In this document: positions 24,752-32,000 of the stretch, piece after piece | Layout: every line of letters starts with the position of its first letter | How positions within the stretch are numbered: the first letter of the stretch is position 1 | DNA from: Microcystis aeruginosa NIES-843 | GTDB lineage: Bacteria > Cyanobacteriota > Cyanobacteriia > Cyanobacteriales > Microcystaceae | NCBI RefSeq assembly: GCF_000010625.1 | Contig: NC_010296.1 | Coordinates: 4,800,001 to 4,832,000, forward strand | Reading direction: 5' to 3' | Length of the DNA stretch: 32,000 nucleotides | Translations under genes and position numbers: made by a program | The notes under the pieces: model-generated | What the model was told of the DNA's origin: nothing | Seen by the model: only the letters and a program-made list of their open reading frames with translations | The model's database searches: none

Positions 24752-26410
24752 GATCCGCCCCTTATTAAGCCGGGAGCGGCACCCCCCTTATTAAGCTATC
24801 CATTAGTCACATCTTTCTTAACATAAAATTTGACAAAAAGAGAAAAGTGTGCCAGATGGCTCAAGGGGGTTCTATAGGGGGACTAATTTGATGAGATAGT
24901 TTCCAAGTCTGGCTGATATCATGTAACCTTCGCAGTCCCAACCAAATAGTTTTAACACCAGGTTCACCGTCACCTTTTCTACCTAAAAACCCCCCAAGAG
25001 AAGCAATCATTCTGACCGCTTCTCGAAAGGAGGGCGGCTTTTCAGGTGGCGGACTCTTTTTATGAATAGTGGCACACAAAGATTGCCATTCATGTTCTTC
25101 CAAAAAACTTTCACAACTCTCCTCTCCGTGTAAGCGTGCTTGATAGGTTAACCAAAGTAATCTCCAAGCTACAATTGAATAGGTAGCTAAGGCCATCTCA
25201 ATTCTCCTACCCGTTTCTAATTGCAGTTTTTCTAATCCACAACCACTTTTTAAAACAAAATGATAGCGTTCTATTAACCAGCGATAACTATACCAGCGCA
25301 CACAGGTTATCGCTGATTCAAAGCTACTAATGTCTAGGCTAGTTAAGAGCAGCCAACTGATAGGATTAACTCCGCTATGCGGATTTTCTTCTTCAGCTAA
25401 AATTACCTGTAATTTGACCGGTTGACGAGGGGTCGCCTTGGAGTGATGGCTAGGTACTTGTATTTCAAAACTGGCAAATCTAACTGTTAGTTTAGCTAGT
25501 CTAGCCTCGTGATTAGGATTGCGTTTTACTTGCACATCTAAGGTCCCACAGGCTTTTATTTCTCTGATGGATTGATGTAAATATTTAGGCTCTGAATGCC
25601 CTGACCTTTGCTTGTCTTCGAGATAGTTAACTTTTCGGTTATGAGTTCCTCGAATTAATAAATGAGAGTTAGGACTTCTTGATTGGGCAAATAAATCAAA
25701 TATGTCTGCCTCACAATCTCCGATTGTTACTACTTGAATATCTTCGGGTATCTGTTGTTGTGTTTCTGACAAAGAATCTAACCATCTTTGACTTTCTTTT
25801 TCTTGGGTTTCTCTTTTTTTGCGTTGCTTGGCAATCCCTAAATTCTTTTCTTCTCTTGCCCAGACATATTGATTAATCAGTCCTAAAGGTATTCCGACTG
25901 GGGACACTCCTAAGGTGGTATGAACTTTGAGACCAAAGGATTTTTTATAATCTAGATAACCCATGCCTTTTTTGGCTTTTTGCGTCGTAAAGTCTAAACT
26001 TGTTGTGTCTTGCACTGCCAAAACTATTGGATGTTCTTTGATTCTTTCTACTGTACTTTTGGCCTGGGCGGCAATTATATCTGAGGGGTGAAAATAGGGG
26101 GAATTCCAAAAGTCGTAGGTGGCACTCGCTGCGGCTAGATTTCCTGAAGCTTGTGGCACACTTGTACTAGGTTGACTGGCCAAGTTTTCCACGATACTGA
26201 TTAACCTTTTCTTTCTTCTGGTGTCCCCTAGGTCTGCATACTGTAATTCTTGGGCTGCCCATTTCTCCATTTTTTTGCTTACCTCCACCTTAATTCCTTC
26301 TTTCAAAACTATACCTATCAATCGTTTCCCCTTTTTTTAAGTTTCTTCTCTTTTTGTTAAGAAAGATCCGACTAATGGATAGCTTATTAAGGGGGGATTA
26401 AGGGGGGATC
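24752..26410 (-). mobile_element. IS4-family insertion sequence; the core runs 24782-26396 with 42-bp imperfect TIRs, and extra partial TIR-like copies lie just outside
   Basis: The left TIR 24782-24823 (CCCCCCTTATTAAGCTATCCATTAGTCACATCTTTCTTAACA) matches the reverse complement of 26355-26396 with 4 mismatches. Outer GATCCGCCCCTTATTAAGC (24752-24770) matches the reverse complement of 26397-26410. Confidence 0.8.
24861..26321 (-). CDS. IS4-family DDE transposase
   Basis: The Y-(2)-R-(3)-E-(6)-K signature is present as YSYRWLIERYHFVLK, along with DDE-type regions (AVQDTTSLDF, TIGDCEADIF). Confidence 0.9.
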   Translation of the reverse strand: MIGIVLKEGIKVEVSKKMEKWAAQELQYADLGDTRRKKRLISIVENLASQPSTSVPQASGNLAAASATYDFWNSPYFHPSDIIAAQAKSTVERIKEHPIVLAVQDTTSLDFTTQKAKKGMGYLDYKKSFGLKVHTTLGVSPVGIPLGLINQYVWAREEKNLGIAKQRKKRETQEKESQRWLDSLSETQQQIPEDIQVVTIGDCEADIFDLFAQSRSPNSHLLIRGTHNRKVNYLEDKQRSGHSEPKYLHQSIREIKACGTLDVQVKRNPNHEARLAKLTVRFASFEIQVPSHHSKATPRQPVKLQVILAEEENPHSGVNPISWLLLTSLDISSFESAITCVRWYSYRWLIERYHFVLKSGCGLEKLQLETGRRIEMALATYSIVAWRLLWLTYQARLHGEESCESFLEEHEWQSLCATIHKKSPPPEKPPSFREAVRMIASLGGFLGRKGDGEPGVKTIWLGLRRLHDISQTWKLSHQISPPIEPP

Positions 26411-26487
26411 AAAGACAAAATCTATCTTCAATTTAATTGAAACCACTAACTTAGGGTTACAGTTAAATTATTCTGGGTCTCGGTGGC

Positions 26488-27255
26488 CTAGTCACTAATC
26501 AACTCAGACACAGGACAAGAGAGCCATTCTAAATAATTATTACTCAATTCTTTCACGGCTAATTCATAGAACCTCTGACCGTGTTCGGGAGTGGCTAAAG
26601 CAGGATTGGAACCCATACGACCATCGGGGTAGTTTTGGCGAAAATTAGCCGCACCGTAAATACCATGACCAGAAGCCACTTTTTCGGATAAAAAGGCGTT
26701 TTTAAGGCTCTCAGGGTAAAGATACTGAGTTAACGCCACTTCGCTCGGTGTAGCGTGGGAACCCTCCTGATCTCCATACAATTCTTTGGCTAAAAGATAA
26801 ACTTCTCGCACCATAAACCAATTGGCCACTTGACATTTAACCTCGTTTGTGTTAGGTAAATTGAGGGAATCCAAATGATAATAGGTTTCCGCAAAAGCGG
26901 CCTTTAGGGTGGCAATATTGCCCCCGTGACCATTAATAAAGAAAAATTGACGAAAACCGGCTCTAGCTAAACAAGTCACATAGTCGAGGATGACTTGAAT
27001 CAAAGTGCTAGGACGAAGGCTAATTGTACCAGGGAAAGCCGTGTGATGTAGGGCCATACCGACATTTAAGGTGGGTGCTACCATTGCTCGTACCTGTTTC
27101 CCCACTCCTTTAGCGATCGCCTCCGCACATAGAGCATCTGTACCAATCAGTCCCGTCGGCCCGTGTTGTTCCGTGGAACCAATGGGAATAATAATTCCCT
27201 GAGATTGTTCTAGATAGGATTCCACCTCTAACCATGTAGATAACTGTAATAACAT
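26488..27255 (-). CDS. Creatininase-family amidohydrolase
   Basis: IIPIGSTEQHGPTGLIGTD and FFINGHGGN motifs are present. Confidence 0.82.
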   Translation of the reverse strand: MLLQLSTWLEVESYLEQSQGIIIPIGSTEQHGPTGLIGTDALCAEAIAKGVGKQVRAMVAPTLNVGMALHHTAFPGTISLRPSTLIQVILDYVTCLARAGFRQFFFINGHGGNIATLKAAFAETYYHLDSLNLPNTNEVKCQVANWFMVREVYLLAKELYGDQEGSHATPSEVALTQYLYPESLKNAFLSEKVASGHGIYGAANFRQNYPDGRMGSNPALATPEHGQRFYELAVKELSNNYLEWLSCPVSELISD

Positions 27256-27329
27256 TCGGCTCTAGCCTTCCAAAACGAGTGCAGGTTGACAAATTGAGAT
27301 AAAATTAGGACGAATAATCAAGTATTTTT

Positions 27330-28082
27330 ATGTTAACCCTTGACACCCCCCCCTTGTCGGCGAGTGCGGATTTCGTTCCCAATCATCGGATTTTAATCGT
27401 TGAAGATGAAGAAGTGATTCGGGATATGATTATTTTGGCTTTGGAAGAAGAAGGTTACGAGGCTCTCGGTGTTAGTGATGGTCGCGTTGCCCTAGAATTA
27501 CTGCAAAGTCAAGAATCTAATCACGGTGAGTCTCGTTTTGATTTGGTCGTTTTGGATTTAATGTTACCCCAAATCAACGGTCTTGATATCTGTCGTCTGT
27601 TGCGCTATCACGGCAATATTATCCCGATTTTAATTTTAAGTGCTAAGGCCAGCGAAACCGATCGAGTTTTGGGTTTAGAAGTAGGTGCCGATGATTATCT
27701 GACTAAACCCTTTAGTATGCGAGAATTAGTCGCTCGTTGTCGCGCTCTCATTCGTCGTCAAGGATTTACTTCCCTAGCTGCCGCTCCCGTGCGAAAATTC
27801 CGCGATGTTCTTCTCTATCCCCAGGAATGTCGGGTGACGGTGCGAGATGAAGAAATTAACCTTTCTCCTAAAGAATTCCGTCTCCTAGACCTATTTATGA
27901 GTTATCCGCGCCGAGTTTGGTCAAGAGAGCAATTAATTGAACAAATTTGGGGGCCAGATTTTTTAGGAGACACCAAAACCGTCGATGTTCACATTCGCTG
28001 GTTACGGGAAAAACTAGAAATCGATCCCAGTCAACCGGAATACCTGATTACTGTACGCGGTTTCGGTTATCGTTTTGGCTAG
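27330..28082 (+). CDS. sphR: OmpR/PhoB-family response regulator, probably the phosphate regulon regulator SphR
   Basis: The receiver domain (ILIVEDEE, DLVVLDLMLP, KPF) and winged-helix output (LSPKEFRLLDLFM...VRGFGYRF) are present. Synteny with a PhoR-like kinase and phoU supports the call. The gene symbol is an inference from context. Confidence 0.8.
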   Translation: MLTLDTPPLSASADFVPNHRILIVEDEEVIRDMIILALEEEGYEALGVSDGRVALELLQSQESNHGESRFDLVVLDLMLPQINGLDICRLLRYHGNIIPILILSAKASETDRVLGLEVGADDYLTKPFSMRELVARCRALIRRQGFTSLAAAPVRKFRDVLLYPQECRVTVRDEEINLSPKEFRLLDLFMSYPRRVWSREQLIEQIWGPDFLGDTKTVDVHIRWLREKLEIDPSQPEYLITVRGFGYRFG

Positions 28083-28129
28083 GTGAGCGATTATATTTTC
28101 CCGATTAGCGATCGCCGCTCGCGCAGACA

Positions 28130-29431
28130 ATGACTATTTTCGCTTTTATTTTCGGAGTAGTTTTAGGTTTGAGTATTTGTTACTGGCAAGTCTCACGCTT
28201 AAATAGAGAGTTAAAGCGAACCCTGAGCGCTCTCTCGGATTCGGCGGATTTGTCGGCTTCTTTTCCCGTTACCTCCCTGGTGCGTCGAGAATTACAGTTT
28301 CTCTCCCAAAGTCTGCAAGAGCGAGAAAAGAGCTTAGAAATTCAGAAATCCTTGCTAGAACGAGCGCCGATCGCCTATCTTCATATAGATGCCGATAATC
28401 AACTGCTCTGGTGTAATCAACAGGCAATTACCCTCTTAAAACTCGATCGCTGGCAGCCAGATCAGGTACGTCTGCTGCTGGAATTAGTGCGCTCCTACGA
28501 ATTAGATCAATTAATTCAAGAAACTCGTCAAAAACAGAGTCCACAGGTGCAAACTTGGACTTTTTACCCGACTAATTATCCTGTCACCCCCATTAGCGAT
28601 CGCCAAGTGATTGCTCCTAAATCGATTGCCTTGAAAGGTTACGGTTATCCCTTGCCAGAAGGTCAAATCGCTGTATTTATCGAAAATAGACAGCCTTTAG
28701 TGGAATTATCGCAAAATCGCGAGCGAGCTTTCTCTGACTTAACTCACGAGTTACGCACTCCCTTAACCTCCATTTCTCTCCTTACCGAAGCTTTACAAAA
28801 ACGCCTCCAAGCTCCCGAAAGACGCTGGTTAGAACAAATGGGGAAAGAAGTGGAGCGTTTGAGTCAATTAGTCTGCGATTGGCTAGAAATCAGTGAATTA
28901 CAAGCGGATGCGGGGCGATCTTTACAATACCAGATGATTAATCTACAGGATCTAATCCGCGCCGCTTGGCAGACTGTCACCCCAATAGCCGCCCAAAAAC
29001 AGATTAGCTTAGATTATTCCTCTCCGGTGGATTGGACGCTGGAAGTGGATCATTCTCGTCTGCTGCAAGTTTTCCTGAATCTCTTTGATAATGCCATCAA
29101 GTATAGTCCCGATCGAGGGAAAATTCGCCTAGAAATTCGAGAAATATCCGATACTATCGGGGAAAAATGGCTAAAAATTGACGTTATCGACAACGGGAAG
29201 GGATTTAACGAAGCGGATCTACCCTACGTTTTTGATCGCCTCTTTCGCGGTGATCCTTCCCGCACCCGTCAAAAACAAGGCACAAAGGATTATAGTACCG
29301 GTTTAGGTTTATCGATTGCCAAAGAGATTATTCAAGCCCATGGCGGTTCGATCGTCGCTCAAAATGATCCTAACACCGGCGGCGCTCGCCTACAAGTCAC
29401 TCTCCCCCGTCAAAAAAAGGAGATGAGGTGA
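28130..29431 (+). CDS. sphS: PhoR/SphS-like sensor histidine kinase
   Basis: It has an N-terminal hydrophobic segment, H-box FSDLTHELRTPLTSI, N-box NLFDNAIKYSP, G1 DNGKGF, and G2 GLGLSIAKE. Confidence 0.85.
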   Translation: MTIFAFIFGVVLGLSICYWQVSRLNRELKRTLSALSDSADLSASFPVTSLVRRELQFLSQSLQEREKSLEIQKSLLERAPIAYLHIDADNQLLWCNQQAITLLKLDRWQPDQVRLLLELVRSYELDQLIQETRQKQSPQVQTWTFYPTNYPVTPISDRQVIAPKSIALKGYGYPLPEGQIAVFIENRQPLVELSQNRERAFSDLTHELRTPLTSISLLTEALQKRLQAPERRWLEQMGKEVERLSQLVCDWLEISELQADAGRSLQYQMINLQDLIRAAWQTVTPIAAQKQISLDYSSPVDWTLEVDHSRLLQVFLNLFDNAIKYSPDRGKIRLEIREISDTIGEKWLKIDVIDNGKGFNEADLPYVFDRLFRGDPSRTRQKQGTKDYSTGLGLSIAKEIIQAHGGSIVAQNDPNTGGARLQVTLPRQKKEMR

Positions 29432-29550
29432 TGGGTGTGGGGTGTGGGGAGAAAAAAATCTGTCAAGTTCTCTGGACAACTGTACAAAATCGAAAATTTT
29501 CTTGTTATCACTGTAGAGAAAGAGTAGTTTTATGTTAAGCGAATCCGACC

Positions 29551-30219
29551 GTGAGCCTATCCAAAGAAACCAATCATCCCGATCGCACCTATTTCGCTCG
29601 TTCTCTCCAGCGATTGGAACAGGATGTGCTGAGAATGGGAACCTTGGTCGAAGAATCCTTTCGTCTTAGCCATCAATCCCTTTTTGCTAGGGATTTGGAA
29701 ATGGCGAAAAAAATCGCCCCCCTTGACAAGGAAATCGATCGCTACTACCGTCAAATCGAGTTAGATTGCGCCACTCTCATGACTCTACAGGCTCCCGTAG
29801 CCCAAGATTTGCGGCTTTTAAGTGCTTTTATGCAATTAGTGCGCGATTTGGAACGTATCGGCGATTATGCTAAGGATTTAGCCGAAATAGCACTCAAGTT
29901 ATTCGCCTATACTCCCCACGATTGTATGAGTGAGATCGAGGCCATGTCCCACCATGCTCAGTATATGTTAGCCACGAGTCTGGTTGCTCTGGCTGACCTC
30001 GATCAGGAAGCCGGTCCAAAGGTCAAAGAACTAGATAATACGGTCGATCAAGCCTATGACTATCTTTATCACACTCTCGCCCATCAAAGAGATATTAAGG
30101 GTGTGGTGGAACCAATCCTGCTGATGGCTTTACTAATCCGTCATCTGGAACGTATGGCCGATCACGCCACCAATATCGCCCAAAGGGTATCCTACATCGT
30201 TACTGGACAGAGAGGCTGA
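29551..30219 (+). CDS. phoU: Phosphate signalling protein PhoU (SphU)
   Basis: Two PhoU repeats are present, with ERIGDYAKDLAE and ERMADHATNIAQ. It uses a GTG start. Confidence 0.88.
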   Translation: MSLSKETNHPDRTYFARSLQRLEQDVLRMGTLVEESFRLSHQSLFARDLEMAKKIAPLDKEIDRYYRQIELDCATLMTLQAPVAQDLRLLSAFMQLVRDLERIGDYAKDLAEIALKLFAYTPHDCMSEIEAMSHHAQYMLATSLVALADLDQEAGPKVKELDNTVDQAYDYLYHTLAHQRDIKGVVEPILLMALLIRHLERMADHATNIAQRVSYIVTGQRG

Positions 30220-30267
30220 GGGTGCGGGTGTCCTGAGTTGATTTCCCTCGAACTCTGGCCCGCGCTT

Positions 30268-31143
30268 TTAGCGTTTACGACTCAGGGGGTTAAAAATTTC
30301 ACTTAACCCCTCTCCCAAGAGAGATAAACCCACCACCATCGTGGTCATCGCTAATCCGGGAAATAAAGTAGTCCACCAGATACCTGTAGATAAATCCGCC
30401 AAAGCTTCCTTGAGATCATGACCCCATTCCGGCACTTCTTCTGGTAATCCTAAGCCTAAAAAGCCTAAACCGCCTAAAACAAGGATCGCATCCGCCGCGT
30501 TGAGGGTAAAAAGAACCGGGACACTCTGGACGACATTAAAGAAAAGATATTTTGATAGTATCCGGCCTGGACTAGCACCGATCGCTCGTGCCGCTTCGAT
30601 AAATAACTCATTTTTAACGCTGGCGGTTTGATTTCTGACCACGCGAAAATATTGGGGAATATAGGCAATGCTAACAGCGATCGCTACATTGACGATACCA
30701 CGACCCAAAACGAAAGCCAGAGCCACCGATAATAATAACCCCGGCAAGGTGTAGAGGGTATCCATGAGAAAGAGGAGAACGCGATCGATCTTACCCCCCA
30801 AATAACCGCTAATTAACCCTAAAGGAACCCCGATGACTAAAGATAATCCTGTGGCCAAAAATACCACGGACAAGGCCGCCCGGGCCCCGAATAGGGTGCG
30901 GGAAAAGACATCATAACCGCGCACATTCGTCCCGAACCAATGGGCAGAACTGGGGGCTTGTAGGGGATAATTGCTTAAAATGTCGGTTGGATCCTGAATC
31001 AGGCTGATCGCTTGCAGAAGGGGCGAAAACAGGGCAATCAGGATAAAAATAATTGTCAATACCAACCCAACCCCTAGGAGTTTAGTGGTTAGGTTGGGTT
31101 TCAGAAAAGGATCGATCGGCAATTTAACAGGAGTCATCGACAA
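30268..31143 (-). CDS. ABC transporter permease (DppC/OppC-type peptide/nickel family)
   Basis: It is polytopic, with the EAA loop IEAARAIGASPGRILSKYLFFNV. Confidence 0.88.
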   Translation of the reverse strand: MSMTPVKLPIDPFLKPNLTTKLLGVGLVLTIIFILIALFSPLLQAISLIQDPTDILSNYPLQAPSSAHWFGTNVRGYDVFSRTLFGARAALSVVFLATGLSLVIGVPLGLISGYLGGKIDRVLLFLMDTLYTLPGLLLSVALAFVLGRGIVNVAIAVSIAYIPQYFRVVRNQTASVKNELFIEAARAIGASPGRILSKYLFFNVVQSVPVLFTLNAADAILVLGGLGFLGLGLPEEVPEWGHDLKEALADLSTGIWWTTLFPGLAMTTMVVGLSLLGEGLSEIFNPLSRKR

Positions 31144-31212
31144 AATTTAGCCATTGCATAGAACGCTAATTGTAGAAGACAAGGCTAACCTGAGACAAGA
31201 GCAGTGTTTTTT

Positions 31213-31326
31213 TCAGACAGCTGGGGCCGAAACGACCATAAACCAGAGCAAGACTGCTAAAGCTAAAACAGTTAGTTTAATGAGGATATAAAGCAGTCCG
31301 TTGGGATAAAGGAGATCGTGAAACAT
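31213..31326 (-). CDS. Candidate 37-aa single-pass membrane peptide (not in the ORF track)
   Basis: Manual translation gives MFHDLLYPNGLLYILIKLTVLALAVLLWFMVVSAPAV followed by a stop. A strong SD GAGGAGG lies 4 nt upstream of the ATG. Confidence 0.35.
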   Translation of the reverse strand: MFHDLLYPNGLLYILIKLTVLALAVLLWFMVVSAPAV

Positions 31327-31451
31327 ATTACCTCCTCGGTAGAGAGTAGCGATTGTCCCTCTCTATCTTTGATCTTAAGTCTTTCTTTGTTCAGGTGACG
31401 CACAACTTAACAAAACGTGCGATTATAGGGAAAAAGATTTTTTCACTAGCT

Positions 31452-31928
31452 ATGGCACTACTGACCACGGGAAAACCATTTATTCGCGATCTGGAACAAT
31501 ACGGTGCTTTAGGGGTTTACGCACCCTTAGAAGGGGGTTACGAGGGACGCTATCAAAGACGTTTACGGGCCACCGGTTACAATGTCCTGCATATCACCGC
31601 TAGAGGTCTAGGGGATTTAAGTGCCTATCTTACCGGCATTCATGGAGTCCGTCCCCCCCATTTAGGTAAAAAAAATATTGGTCGGGAAGCAGCCGTCGGA
31701 CCGGTTTATTTTATTCCTCCCATTGCTACCTATCAATTGGAAAATTTACCCCCCAAATCTAAAGGTTTAGTGATTTGGATTATTGAAAGTTTTGTTTTAT
31801 CCTCGGAAGAAAAACAATACTTAATTAATCTTAGTCAACAGGAACCCCGGTTAAAATTTGTCCTCGAATTGGGTGGGGAAAGATATTTCCGTTGGCAACC
31901 TTTGAGCAAATCTTTAATCGCTGCCTAA
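31452..31928 (+). CDS. ndhN: NAD(P)H-quinone oxidoreductase (NDH-1) subunit N
   Basis: MALLTTGKPFIRDLEQYGALGVYAPLEGGYEGRYQRRLRATGY is typical NdhN. I prefer the ATG at 31452 to the upstream TTG-type start at 31353. Confidence 0.85.
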   Translation: MALLTTGKPFIRDLEQYGALGVYAPLEGGYEGRYQRRLRATGYNVLHITARGLGDLSAYLTGIHGVRPPHLGKKNIGREAAVGPVYFIPPIATYQLENLPPKSKGLVIWIIESFVLSSEEKQYLINLSQQEPRLKFVLELGGERYFRWQPLSKSLIAA

Positions 31929-32000
31929 ATTACCGAAATAACACGGTTATTGAAATATCTCCCCCTCAACCCCTCTCCCCGGAGAGGGAAACTTCAATTC

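Noticed and set aside
27286-27320. A TTGACA hexamer (27286-27291) considered as the -35 element of the response-regulator promoter, and a search for Pho boxes.
   Set aside because: No acceptable -10 hexamer lies at 16-18 bp spacing, and I could not see tandem PyTTAAPyPy(T/A) Pho-box repeats. The promoter is therefore not called.

Overview
This is a cyanobacterial chromosomal segment, and my inference is that it is Microcystis-like. The evidence for that is many HIP1 GCGATCGC palindromes (for example 159-166, 2470-2477, 8448-8455, 13230-13237), ndhN, short tandem heptamer/octamer repeats, MITE-like elements, and IS1 and IS4 family elements. The housekeeping backbone contains: putA (3' part), pgm, an esterase-rsmB-TerB-like operon, clpS overlapping a CPBP protease gene, the ribosomal/RNA polymerase cluster infA-rpmJ-rpsM-rpsK-rpoA-rplQ-truA-rplM-rpsI-rpmE on the minus strand, a YciI-like gene, a 2H phosphoesterase, glcD, a creatininase-family gene, a Pho-type two-component system plus phoU, an ABC permease, and ndhN. 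Two accessory loci flank clpS-CPBP and are the most interesting content. (1) An AT-rich island at about 6.6-11.0 kb carries two tandem paralogous AAA-like (AAA_35-type, STAND-like) NTPases, the first fused to an XRE-type HTH. They are transcribed divergently from a small operon of uncharacterised, partly membrane proteins, across a spacer holding a perfect 37-bp direct repeat. The island has replaced most of an ammonium transporter gene, and a decayed copy of the CPBP gene 3' end lies at its far side. (2) An NLR-like NB-ARC/TPR STAND NTPase has no N-terminal effector domain. It is preceded by a 166-aa coiled-coil/helical ORF whose last codons form a dnaX-type A_AAA_AAG -1 slippery heptamer, and the -1 frame runs without a stop into the NB-ARC ORF. 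No rRNA, tRNA or CRISPR array was recognised. All functional calls come from motif recognition by eye; no database search was run.
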